From: Alphaproteobacteria bacterium
GTDB taxonomy: Bacteria > Pseudomonadota > Alphaproteobacteria > Rs-D84
Reading direction: 5' to 3'
Length of the DNA: 64,000 nt
Assembly: GCA_033345235.1 (NCBI GenBank)
Contig: JAWPOC010000014.1
Location: forward strand, 3,872 to 67,871
Shown: positions 7,658 through 20,478 of the stretch, in pieces
Layout: each line of letters begins with the position of its first letter
Numbering within the stretch: the first letter of the stretch is position 1
Made by a program: the position numbers and the translations under genes
Notes under the pieces: generated by a model
Databases searched by the model: none
What the model saw: the letters and a program-made list of their open reading frames with translations, nothing else
What the model was told of the DNA's origin: nothing

Positions 7658-7907
7658 TCGTCAGGAACAGCTGACGATGGGGTGTGACTACCCGTTGCAT
7701 ACGCGTCTGGGAAAGAATCAGTGCGCCGTTTGGCGTATTTTTTGTATCCAGATGAAAAAATACACTCCTGATCCTTAGTGGTCAGGAGGGTTGCGAATAT
7801 ATTGAATAAGCACACAATTCGTATGATTGTAGTCAACCTCCTGACCACTTTGTAGATGCAATGTGGTTTCTTTTTTAACAAAAAGGAAGATTTAGGAGTA
7901 AGACATA
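7658..7907 (+). promoter_or_regulatory. Long structured 5' leader, copy 2 of the 3-copy family
   Basis: A CTCCTGATC (7765-7773), B GGTCAGGAGG (7780-7789), C CCTCCTGACC (7837-7846), D TAGGAG (7893-7898). B:C extends to 13 bp. The loop shares GAATATA..GAATA..CAC with copy 1. A hairpin plus T-run follows at 7845-7876. Confidence 0.55.
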
Positions 7908-8249
7908 ATGTTGAAACAATTTATTACGACGTCATTTGTTTTTACGTTTGGCGTTATAACCACTGTAAATTCTGCCAGTCTGGATAATGATTTTGGCAAT
8001 AAATTACAAACAATATCCACGTTAGAAAACGATATTTTAATATTAGACACAGAAATCGCAAAGTGTGAAAAGTCCAAGAAAGGCTGGGTTGCGGCGACAG
8101 TTATTGGGTCTGCGGGCGTTGTGGCGACTGGGGTTGCTGCCGGCGTCCAAGGCGCAAAAATCAAAGATAAAAAAGCGGCCATAGAACAAGGTAATTCAGA
8201 TGTTAAAACATTAAACACAACATTACAGGGGTATAACAATGACAAATAA
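7908..8249 (+). CDS. Secreted coiled-coil / glycine-zipper protein (113 aa)
   Basis: Signal peptide, then ...ENDILILDTEIAKCEKSKKGWVAATVIGSAGVVATGVAAGVQGAKIKDKK. Same C...K-x-G plus Gly/Ala-zipper module as in 8239..9453 and 50277..51227. Confidence 0.7.
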   Translation: MLKQFITTSFVFTFGVITTVNSASLDNDFGNKLQTISTLENDILILDTEIAKCEKSKKGWVAATVIGSAGVVATGVAAGVQGAKIKDKKAAIEQGNSDVKTLNTTLQGYNNDK

Positions 8250-9453
8250 AATTAAAATCGCATTGGGTGTATTTGCATTGTTTCCAACTTTTGCGAATGC
8301 GGATGCACTGGATGATAAAATCGCGGAATTAACACGTCAAAAACTGGATAAAATTGCACAATTGGAACAATGCCAGAAATCGACCAAGGGATTAAAGATT
8401 GCAGGCATAACAACATTGGGTATCAGTGCAATTGGTATCGGCGCCAATATTGGCGAAGCGATTAAGATTAAAAAATTGGATAGCGAGCTGTCAACAATCG
8501 CAACAAAAAAGACAGATTTACAAAATAAAATCGACGCGGCTAAGAAAGAACAAGAAAAAGCAAAAAAGTCAGCGCAACAGTTGCCGCAAAACCAATTGCA
8601 ACAATTGTCGCAAAACGTGATTCCAGAGTGTGGAGAACAAACTTGTGCAGAATGGTCAGATGAACAATTGTTGGCATTAAATGTAACAGATGGTATTTGT
8701 GTATCTGGTGTGCGTAAACCTGTTGAATGCTATTCAGGTAATCCTGTTGGTGTTGCAGTACAATGTAAACAAGGTAATGAAATTATAACTTACTATGATT
8801 CATGCCAAACAGTGGAAGAAGTGACACCCGAAAACAAAGTCAGAAAATATCACGAAGATTGTTCGGCAGCTGAAACTGCGAATATACCATATGCCAAGAC
8901 TTCATGGTGGTATGTTGACAAGTGTGTTCCAAAATCATGTCAAGATAATGCGTATTTAACGGTAAAAAATGGCAGTTCTCAAGGCATATGCAGAACAATA
9001 TGTCCAGAACACCAAATTATAGATTGGTCGAATGGTGGCAAGGCGTGTGATATTGCGAAAAAAGAGAAGGTTACCCCACCACAGAACTGTACCAGAACAG
9101 AGATAGCAATCACGAATTATAAAACAGGTATTTGTGATACAGAATGCAATGAGTATGCAACTACAAATAATTGTACAGTGACTAAAAGCATATTTATGCT
9201 AAATAAAAATAAATGTATTTGTAATCCGACATTGCAAGATGAAATGATAAATGCATCAGAATTTCATAACAAGAAATCCGATGTTTCATTATCTGATTGT
9301 CCAGAAAAGTTATATCAGCGTATTAATCCAAGACAGTGCGAAAGTCTTTGTGCAAAATACGCAACAGACAACAATTGTAAGATTACAAAATTTGGTACTG
9401 TTTTGACATATAATTGCTATTGCAACCCCAGCAGCACCGTAACGTTGGATTAA
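8239..9453 (+). CDS. Secreted protein: N-terminal coiled-coil/glycine-zipper module plus C-terminal Cys-rich repeats (404 aa)
   Basis: Overlaps the upstream gene by 11 nt. Signal peptide ...FPTFANA. QCQKSTKGLKIAGITTLGISAIGIGANIGEAIKIKK. The C-terminal half has two copies of C-x11/12-C-x3-C-x2-YAT[TD]NNC-x-[VI]TK...C-x-CNP. Confidence 0.7.
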   Translation: MTNKIKIALGVFALFPTFANADALDDKIAELTRQKLDKIAQLEQCQKSTKGLKIAGITTLGISAIGIGANIGEAIKIKKLDSELSTIATKKTDLQNKIDAAKKEQEKAKKSAQQLPQNQLQQLSQNVIPECGEQTCAEWSDEQLLALNVTDGICVSGVRKPVECYSGNPVGVAVQCKQGNEIITYYDSCQTVEEVTPENKVRKYHEDCSAAETANIPYAKTSWWYVDKCVPKSCQDNAYLTVKNGSSQGICRTICPEHQIIDWSNGGKACDIAKKEKVTPPQNCTRTEIAITNYKTGICDTECNEYATTNNCTVTKSIFMLNKNKCICNPTLQDEMINASEFHNKKSDVSLSDCPEKLYQRINPRQCESLCAKYATDNNCKITKFGTVLTYNCYCNPSSTVTLD

Positions 9454-9484
9454 CAAAAAAAACACCCAAATGGGTGTTTTTTTG
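9454..9484. terminator. Bidirectional terminator between convergent genes
   Basis: AAAAAAAACACCC-AAAT-GGGTGTTTTTTT. Confidence 0.8.
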
Positions 9485-10666
9485 TTATGGACAATTTTTT
9501 AGGCGTTTTAAAATGTCTTGGACTTCGGCGTTGATTGATACGCTGAATTTACGCCCCAAGCCATCTGTATAAACATAACTAAAGTCCGCATATCTAAATT
9601 CTGGCATTGCTTTGTATGCCTGTTCAAATGGCGACAGCATACCAATAAACCATTCGCGATTCTTGCACAGACATTCGTCACGAACAAATGTTAACATTTC
9701 AGGACTAATCATTTCTGGGTATTCTGTGTCAAGGGCTGCGTCCGACATCATTACACATCTTTCACCAAAACCATAAAAGTTCGCATCGTCAAACAAGAAT
9801 TTGTAAACCATATCGTCCGATTCGCCATTTTGTTTCATCGAATATATCAGGCCTTCGGTACAGCATTTTTGCGATGCGCGCATTAATGCATGATATCTAT
9901 CCACCAGTGGTTTTGCGTATTTATGATTTCCTGTGATATTAATATTGCATTTTGCAGCGTCCAAGAATTTATATAAACTCTCTTTGCGAATCTTTTTTGT
10001 GCGTGGCGCGACAGCCTCGCTAAATGTTGGTTTTTTGCGCCATATTTTGCATTCTTCGATTGTTTCAAATGGACATCCGTCATATTCCAGTTCCAAGACC
10101 TTGGTATTGTCGGCCATTTTATCTTCGGGCTGAACAGAAACAATGTTTAATACAGTCAAATTTTCCGAAGGTGTCGCATTGCGTAACAATTCGTCCGTTT
10201 TGGATAAGGTCATCGCAATATCAATCATATTCTGCTGATATGCGCCCAATGGTAAAACGTCAGCTGTATATTCGCCTAATTTTACATTTCGCATATAAAT
10301 GTCTGGTTTATAAGCCTCATCAGATTGTGATTCCATAAAATCTTTGGCGGCTGACACCTGTTCTTTTATTTGCATTGGAATTTGAAATTTCTTGGCGCGC
10401 GGCATTTTTTGCACATCCGGATCAGAATCCATCCAAGTAACTTCTTCTATTTCTTCTTCTGTATCAGGTACGGCCAGTATGATTGCCTTGGGCTTTTGGT
10501 TGGCCAATTCCATAACAGATTCTGTATCTGCGGTGTCTACTGTGACAAATTCTTGAACGTTGGCCACTTCGATTTCACAGCCTTCGCCAATGCAGTCTGA
10601 TGCCATTACAGGTGCAAAATTGCACAAACACAACAGCGATGAAAAAATACAAATTTTGGTTTTCAT
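9485..10666 (-). CDS. Secreted Cys-rich protein (393 aa from ATG 10666)
   Basis: The track starts at TTG 10690. The ATG at 10664-10666 gives the signal peptide MKTKICIFSSLLCLCNFAPVMA. TGATATAAT (-10 at 10674-10679, minus) ends 7 nt before this ATG, suggesting a leaderless mRNA. Confidence 0.65.
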   Translation of the reverse strand: MKTKICIFSSLLCLCNFAPVMASDCIGEGCEIEVANVQEFVTVDTADTESVMELANQKPKAIILAVPDTEEEIEEVTWMDSDPDVQKMPRAKKFQIPMQIKEQVSAAKDFMESQSDEAYKPDIYMRNVKLGEYTADVLPLGAYQQNMIDIAMTLSKTDELLRNATPSENLTVLNIVSVQPEDKMADNTKVLELEYDGCPFETIEECKIWRKKPTFSEAVAPRTKKIRKESLYKFLDAAKCNINITGNHKYAKPLVDRYHALMRASQKCCTEGLIYSMKQNGESDDMVYKFLFDDANFYGFGERCVMMSDAALDTEYPEMISPEMLTFVRDECLCKNREWFIGMLSPFEQAYKAMPEFRYADFSYVYTDGLGRKFSVSINAEVQDILKRLKNCP

Positions 10667-10778
10667 ACCTATGATTATATCATAAATCAAAGCGCTTTAA
10701 AACAGATTTTTATCGGCTGTGTTGGGCGGAATATATGCCCGTTGTTGGGTAATGCGCCAAAGAGTATAATTATGTATT

Positions 10779-11576
10779 ATGCGTAAAGTTTGTGTTTTTT
10801 TATTTTTTTCGCTGTTTTCTGCGGTTGCTATGGCGGAAAATTCTCAGCCGATTGGTGTCCAAATCGGTGTTGGATTATCTGGCACAGGTGGCCTGAATAT
10901 CTTTGCAGGATATCATACCAGTAAATGGAAACCTGTTTGGCTGCAATATTTTGGTGCCAGAATAGATTTTGCAGGGTCAAAGCCTCTAAAGTCTGCCATC
11001 GATTCCGCCATAGAACACTTTATGCGTGATGGTATTGATGTCGGTGACGGTGTAAGAATAGATGACGGGACGCTGGATGTATGGAATTCTTCTTTGTTGC
11101 TGGATTTTTACCCCTTTGCTGGCGCGTGGCGTATCACAGGTGGTTATAGTTTAGGGAATATGAACCTAAAGACGGCAATATACGGAACTGTATTGGATGC
11201 TCCGTCTCAACGGTTTTATTTTTATCTAGCGGGGGATCACTATTATTATAATGGTAATAATTTTGATGGGTTGACGGATATTACTTGGCGATATAATGGG
11301 CCGTACATTGGTACTGGTTTTGATTTCGATTTGTTTTGCGGGTTTAGTCTTTATACAGATATCGGTATGGTCTTTACGAATCGTTCTGCAAAAATGTCCA
11401 TAGATATTCCACATGAACAACTATATATATATGATACAGTAACTAATGCTTGGGCGCCTGTTACAATACCAAAACTGGACTCTGATGTGGCAGAGGCAAC
11501 AAGAGAAGCAAATCAAAAACTGTCGAAATTCAAGATTTATCCGATGATAAAGCTGGGTTTTGCCTATAGGTTCTAG
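10779..11576 (+). CDS. Outer-membrane beta-barrel protein (265 aa)
   Basis: Signal peptide ...SAVAMA-EN. Gly/aromatic-rich alternating segments. C-terminal ...KLGFAYRF ends in Phe, as in OM beta-barrel proteins. Confidence 0.65.
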   Translation: MRKVCVFLFFSLFSAVAMAENSQPIGVQIGVGLSGTGGLNIFAGYHTSKWKPVWLQYFGARIDFAGSKPLKSAIDSAIEHFMRDGIDVGDGVRIDDGTLDVWNSSLLLDFYPFAGAWRITGGYSLGNMNLKTAIYGTVLDAPSQRFYFYLAGDHYYYNGNNFDGLTDITWRYNGPYIGTGFDFDLFCGFSLYTDIGMVFTNRSAKMSIDIPHEQLYIYDTVTNAWAPVTIPKLDSDVAEATREANQKLSKFKIYPMIKLGFAYRF

Positions 11577-11771
11577 TCGAATCGGTGTGAAAACGAATCA
11601 TAAAAGAGGTGTTTTTGCCTAAAAAAACGAATCATTTGGCAGTTGCTTGGTTTTAGGAAAAATAAAAAAATCAAATAAAAAATATTTTGATAAAACCGCG
11701 GAATTCTGCGGTTTTATGGTGGAAAATATGCTTATGTAAACTTTATTTGAAAATTATTTTTGAAAAATCGC

Positions 11772-11800
11772 TTGACTTTTCGAAAGTTTCAACGCATACT
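11772..11800 (+). promoter_or_regulatory. Candidate rrn promoter
   Basis: TTGACT (11772-11777), 17-nt spacer, CATACT (11795-11800), about 345 nt upstream of 16S. The leader segment GCAGACAGT...TTTGGA can pair with the 16S 3' flank TCCAAA...ACTGTCTG (13675-13694), forming an RNase III-type processing stem. Confidence 0.4.
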
Positions 11801-12143
11801 AAGCGGGCTTTCAAGTTGAGACAACAAACAAAAAAGACACTCAACCCCTGAAATTCTGCGGTTTACGGAACAGACGGTATGAATAGGGTTCTGATAAACT
11901 ACGCAAACATTGTGAATAAAAGCAGCTCATCAAAAATTCAAGAAGGGATGTGCAGACAGTTGAATTTGGAATATCCAAACTTTGACTAAGTCAAAAGTGC
12001 ATATCCTAGACAGGTAGTAGGTTTACATATTAAACCTCGTTAAAAACTTGTCTTGCGAATAATTATATATGTAAAGACGAACTGATTATTAAATAGTCAG
12101 CTTTTGTTTATATGCACGGGACTTACTTAACAGGTTTTTTTAG

Positions 12144-13644
<1,501 letters not shown>

Positions 13645-13724
13645 ATAGAGAATACCGATAACACGATATCGGTCAAATCCAAAGCGACTGTCTGAATATC
13701 TCTTTTTGAATGTGTCAAATCGCT

Positions 13725-13801
13725 GGGTCAGTAGTTCAGTTGGTTAGAATGCCGCTCTGATACAGCGGAGGTCGAAGATTCGAGTTCTTCCTGACCCACC
13801 A
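13725..13801 (+). tRNA. tRNA-Ile (anticodon GAU) in the 16S-23S spacer
   Basis: GGGTCAGTAGTTCAGTTGGTTAGAATGCCGCTCTGATACAGCGGAGGTCGAAGATTCGAGTTCTTCCTGACCCACCA. Cloverleaf with anticodon loop CT-GAT-AC. Confidence 0.95.
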
Positions 13802-14079
13802 CTTGTTTGATGAGGTTGGAATCAGCAGTGTAAAACACTTCTGATTCCAGATATTCCAAGAATATCCTCGGAATCTGCTTTTATTTAGCAAACATTGTTA
13901 ATCGGTTTTTATGTCACAAATCAAGAAATTGATTTGTTGAACATCGTAATCTCAAATTCTTTCTGAAAGAGTAATCACGAAAGTGATAATTCAATTTAGA
14001 AAAGCAAGAATCAACTAATGCTTAAAAAACTCATTAAAGTGTTCTTTTTAAGTTTGAAGACTTTCTCTTCAAGCATAAG

Positions 14080-16833
<2,754 letters not shown>

Positions 16834-16927
16834 ATCGTCTTGACTTTTAATCAGTCAGACGGTATGCTTGAAGAGAACGTTTAAGATATGATTCTTAGGA
16901 ATAATTATGATGTTCTTGCTGGATTGA

Positions 16928-17043
16928 TTCTGGTGATTATTGAGCGGGAGCCACCCTCTGTTCCATCCCGAACCAGACAGGGAAACCCCGTATCGCCGAT
17001 GGTACTTTGGTTTAAGCCACGGAAGAGTAGGTCGTCGCCAGAA
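16928..17043 (+). rRNA. rrf: 5S ribosomal RNA
   Basis: TTCTGGTGA...CCCATCCCGAACCAGA...CGCCGATGGTACT...AGAGTAGGTCGTCGCCAGAA with a terminal helix. Ends are approximate. Confidence 0.9.
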
Positions 17044-17080
17044 TCAATCCAGTCCCCTTGATATAAAAACCGAATCTTTT

Positions 17081-17109
17081 AAAGCCACCGTCCCCCGGTG
17101 GCTTTTTTA
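17081..17109 (+). terminator. rrn operon terminator
   Basis: GCCACCG-TCCCC-CGGTGGC followed by TTTTTT. Confidence 0.85.
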
Positions 17110-17128
17110 TTGCAAAGGCTTTACGCAA

Positions 17129-17335
17129 ATGAAAGAAAAATACAAAGATTATACAAAAGAAAATCTGGGTGAAAAATTAAGACGGCATACAATAGATATT
17201 ATAATGATATCTATGATGGCGTGTATGTTTGCTTATTTTGTAACAAATAATCAATCTATGAAAAAAACAGTGCCGGATATTAAACAGGCAAAAACAGTGA
17301 ATATTGCGGACACTCTTAACACCAAAACGCGTTAG
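17129..17335 (+). CDS. Small single-pass membrane protein, family member 1 (68 aa)
   Basis: The track ORF (16940..) overlaps the 5S gene and terminator; the internal ATG 17129 is used instead. MKEKYKDY...IIMISMMACMFAYFV (TM)...IKQAKTVNIADTLNTKTR carries the C-terminal family motif. Confidence 0.6.
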   Translation: MKEKYKDYTKENLGEKLRRHTIDIIMISMMACMFAYFVTNNQSMKKTVPDIKQAKTVNIADTLNTKTR

Positions 17336-17351
17336 GTTTAAAGGAACGCCG

Positions 17352-17630
17352 ATGCCCAAATCCAGAAATAGAAAAATTAAAAAGAAAAACAAAGTAAGAG
17401 CTTACTATAAAGATTCACAAGAATTGATTGCACTTACTCGTTCAATAAAGGGCGAAGTTGTAATAAATATAATAATGATTGCAACTATGCTTGCAATGGT
17501 TGGCGTCATGATTTATACGTATGCCCAATCAGAAAAACAAAATACATCAGAAATAAAATCCAGCGTAATAAAAAAACAAAACGAAAATACTGCGAAATTC
17601 ATAGATTTCCTGAATCAAAGACGAAAATAA
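17352..17630 (+). CDS. Small single-pass membrane protein, family member 2 (92 aa)
   Basis: ATG 17352 with AAGGA SD. Basic N-terminus, TM segment VINIIMIATMLAMVGVMIY, tail ...NENTAKFIDFLNQRRK. Confidence 0.6.
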   Translation: MPKSRNRKIKKKNKVRAYYKDSQELIALTRSIKGEVVINIIMIATMLAMVGVMIYTYAQSEKQNTSEIKSSVIKKQNENTAKFIDFLNQRRK

Positions 17631-17694
17631 TTACTTAACAAATATTAAGAATAGTGTATAGTTCGGCTTATAATAGTTACAAAAGGATTTTAAT

Positions 17695-17934
17695 ATGTCA
17701 GAAAAGAATAGTCATAAATTCAATAAAGATGAATTGCGGAGGGCTGTTTGGGCCACTATGGTTATATTTTGTTCCATGTTGGCTACGGCAGGTGGCATGA
17801 AATTCGCAAAAAACGTGAGACAAAAACAAGAAAAACGTATTGAACAGAGAGTCCAGCAAGCAATTCAAGAATATGACGCCCAAAAAGCAAAAACAGTGAA
17901 TTTTACAGATAGTATTAATCAAAATACAAAATAA
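17695..17934 (+). CDS. Small single-pass membrane protein, family member 3 (79 aa)
   Basis: TM segment AVWATMVIFCSMLATAGGM. Tail QEYDAQKAKTVNFTDSINQNTK. Confidence 0.65.
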   Translation: MSEKNSHKFNKDELRRAVWATMVIFCSMLATAGGMKFAKNVRQKQEKRIEQRVQQAIQEYDAQKAKTVNFTDSINQNTK

Positions 17935-17962
17935 AAAATCCCCGCCGAATGGCGGGTTTTTA
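17935..17962 (+). terminator. Rho-independent terminator
   Basis: CCCGCC-GAAT-GGCGGG followed by TTTTT. Confidence 0.85.
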
Positions 17963-18018
17963 TTGAAAAAAAATAAAAGACTGATAATCTATGCCGTATA
18001 GTAAACAAGGAATAAAAT

Positions 18019-18618
18019 ATGATTTCAAGTCTAAGACAAAGGGCGAATGCTGTAAAAAGTGGCAGATGTAAAAATCTTATCGCTGTTCTAGAAGAGCCAA
18101 GCGACCCAAAAAATATTGGTGCGGTTATCAGAAATATTAATGCATTGGGTGTAGAAAAATTATACATAGTTGACCCTAATAATATTATCCCCAAAGATTG
18201 GCAAGAAATGCGTACACGTAAAACTTTGTTAAAAACGTCTGTGTCCGCAGTAAAATGGACTTTTGTAAAAAAATTTAAAACCACCCAGGAATGTATCGAA
18301 CATCTGGCCAAGAATAAATATGTGTCTGTTGTTACGTCACCGCATATCAAAGGTAAAACAAATGTCGTTTTACAGCATGGCGATTTTACGCAAAAGCGTT
18401 TGGCGGTATGGTTCGGAAACGAGGCACGTGGAATCAGTGATTTAGCAGTTGAAAATGCCATTGCATGCGTCAATATTGAAATGTATGGTATTATTGAAAG
18501 TTTTAACTTGGCGGTATCTACTGGGATTGTTTTATATGAAGTGACCAAGCAACGTCGCGAATATCAAAAATCACATACACGTGGTCGTAAAAAAGATCCA
18601 TCAGTTTGTCACGAATGA
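18019..18618 (+). CDS. SpoU/TrmH-family RNA 2'-O-methyltransferase
   Basis: LIAVLEEPSDPKNIGAVIRNINALGVEKLYIV...AVWFGNEARGISD...NIEMYGIIESFNLAVSTGIVLYE; SPOUT motifs 1-3. Confidence 0.85.
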   Translation: MISSLRQRANAVKSGRCKNLIAVLEEPSDPKNIGAVIRNINALGVEKLYIVDPNNIIPKDWQEMRTRKTLLKTSVSAVKWTFVKKFKTTQECIEHLAKNKYVSVVTSPHIKGKTNVVLQHGDFTQKRLAVWFGNEARGISDLAVENAIACVNIEMYGIIESFNLAVSTGIVLYEVTKQRREYQKSHTRGRKKDPSVCHE

Positions 18619-18661
18619 AAAAAAATCTGCCCATAGGGCAGTGAAATAAAAGGAAAGCGTT

Positions 18662-19060
18662 ATGTTTTACAATATGTTGTGTTCTTATGAAGAAGTTATG
18701 GATCGTAATCCACGTGTTATCAGAACATATAAACAACCAGAAAGGGGGTGCGTGTATTTAACAAAGAACAGCAAATTTTATGGTGTAACGACTATTGAGT
18801 ATGACAGTTGTAATGATGAAATGGTGCGTACACGTGGCCGTATGGATGTAAACGCAGCAGAAGAGTTCTTTAATGTCGCATGTTGTTTTATTCGTGGTGA
18901 AATAGCGTGGGTTGAACCTGTTCGTGAATTTATATGCACGTATCGCAAATGTAATCCGAATATATGCAATCCAGATAATTGCCCATCTGCATTAGGTGGT
19001 GCGGCATATCATCAGATATTTTCAAAAAGTTGTTTGTTCAACAGTGGAAATTCTAGATAA
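18662..19060 (+). CDS. Hypothetical Cys-rich cytoplasmic protein (132 aa)
   Basis: ORF with AAGGAAAG SD. No signal peptide. ...CTYRKCNPNICNPDNCPS. No homology recognised. Confidence 0.5.
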   Translation: MFYNMLCSYEEVMDRNPRVIRTYKQPERGCVYLTKNSKFYGVTTIEYDSCNDEMVRTRGRMDVNAAEEFFNVACCFIRGEIAWVEPVREFICTYRKCNPNICNPDNCPSALGGAAYHQIFSKSCLFNSGNSR

Positions 19061-19077
19061 AGAAAAAGGGCAAATGT

Positions 19078-19599
19078 ATGAGCAAAAAACGCACCTTTCC
19101 ACAAGATTGGTCAAAAATGTCAGATGTTGAAATTGCAGAAAATATAAAATACCTGCGAAAATATTATAAAAAACACGACATACGAGTGCATAATAGTTAT
19201 GTCCAAATAGGTAATATAAAAATCCAAACATGTTCCAGACCAAAAATCGGAACACCATATAAGACGATTTATTCTGTGGAAGATATAGAAGTATATAAAG
19301 ATATAAACAACCAAGAAATATATGCTGATAATTCGATGTATCTTGAACTGAGTAAATTATGTCAAGATATCAAGAAGTATGATATGTCTGCTGAAAAAAG
19401 ATGCAGGGATTGGATAAAGAAAAACTATAAGTGGGTATTTATTATAGCCACAGGTGCAAAGGTTGTTAGCGGTGCAGGAATGTATCTGTATATCACGAAT
19501 AAAAAGCAGTCAGATATAAAAACACAAAATGTTGCCCAAGAATATAAAGCACATAAAGAAAAAACAATAAATTTTACAGACAGTATCAAAACACGATGA
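19078..19599 (+). CDS. Single-pass membrane protein, family member 4 (173 aa, extended N-terminal domain)
   Basis: About 120-aa N-terminal domain, TM segment WVFIIATGAKVVSGAGMYLYI, tail QEYKAHKEKTINFTDSIKTR, nearly identical in pattern to member 3. Confidence 0.65.
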   Translation: MSKKRTFPQDWSKMSDVEIAENIKYLRKYYKKHDIRVHNSYVQIGNIKIQTCSRPKIGTPYKTIYSVEDIEVYKDINNQEIYADNSMYLELSKLCQDIKKYDMSAEKRCRDWIKKNYKWVFIIATGAKVVSGAGMYLYITNKKQSDIKTQNVAQEYKAHKEKTINFTDSIKTR

Positions 19600-19676
19600 T
19601 TTTCCTTGCTATTTAGCGATTTTTTATTGCAAATATACAAATAGTGCATTATTCTGTACGTGAAGGATTGTTAATA

Positions 19677-19931
19677 ATGAAAAGTTCAAATAAAGATATT
19701 TTATCCGCTTTTTTACATAATTTTTCGGCTAAGAAAATAATGTTGGGTGCAGTAAATTTTGATAAAAATAAATTACATGTGTTTTTGTTAATGTTATTGC
19801 CAGTGTCTAAGGAAAATAAAGAAGCATATAATAAATATAAAACTGCATTACGTAATTTCTGGTCTGGGTGCGGCGATATCAAAGATTATGAATATGTACT
19901 GGCAACGCGCGAAAAAGCAAAAATCAGATAG
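19677..19931 (+). CDS. Hypothetical protein (84 aa)
   Basis: The internal ATG 19677 with AAGGA SD is preferred over the track start 19644. No homology recognised. Confidence 0.4.
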   Translation: MKSSNKDILSAFLHNFSAKKIMLGAVNFDKNKLHVFLLMLLPVSKENKEAYNKYKTALRNFWSGCGDIKDYEYVLATREKAKIR

Positions 19932-19995
19932 CATAGCTTGACAACCTTTGTTTTTGTACTATATAATAATGTGTAGTAAAAACAAAGGGGATATT

Positions 19996-20478
19996 ATGAA
20001 AACACAGGAATATACAATACAGGCGTCTTATTTAATACCTGCATATAATTTGCCACATGGGGTACAGTCTGATTTTATCACCACCCAGCATGGCTATTCT
20101 GGTAAAAATTCAATTGAGATTGATGTTTGGTTGGTGCGTGCAGAACGCGGCCAAGAACAAAAAACAATGTTTGCGTCTTTGCAACATGAGGCAGATTCAG
20201 CGCAGGAACAATTAGCGCAGTCTGTACAAGAAGATACTGTTAATCCAGTGGACAGTCCAGACAAGAAATCTGTTAAAACCAGAAGGTTAGAAAACGCGCT
20301 GCGGGTGTTTAACAGTCTGATAGAAACAGGCAAGCAGTCTGTGTTTCATAAAAAGCCTGATACGGCGTTTGTAGATATTGCGCGCAGAAATATGGCAATG
20401 CCAACATTTCAACAGTTTTCACCAAATGTCGAAAAAGCTGTTTATTTGGCCGGTCTGTCGCATTATACAGAACGGTAA
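19996..20478 (+). CDS. Hypothetical protein (160 aa)
   Basis: ATG 19996 with AAGGGG SD is preferred over the track start 19948. No homology recognised. Confidence 0.5.
   Translation: MKTQEYTIQASYLIPAYNLPHGVQSDFITTQHGYSGKNSIEIDVWLVRAERGQEQKTMFASLQHEADSAQEQLAQSVQEDTVNPVDSPDKKSVKTRRLENALRVFNSLIETGKQSVFHKKPDTAFVDIARRNMAMPTFQQFSPNVEKAVYLAGLSHYTER

Noticed and set aside
16940-17128. N-terminal 63 codons of track ORF 16940..17335
   Set aside because: This part overlaps the 5S rRNA gene and the rrn terminator hairpin. The gene is taken to start at ATG 17129, downstream of the terminator.
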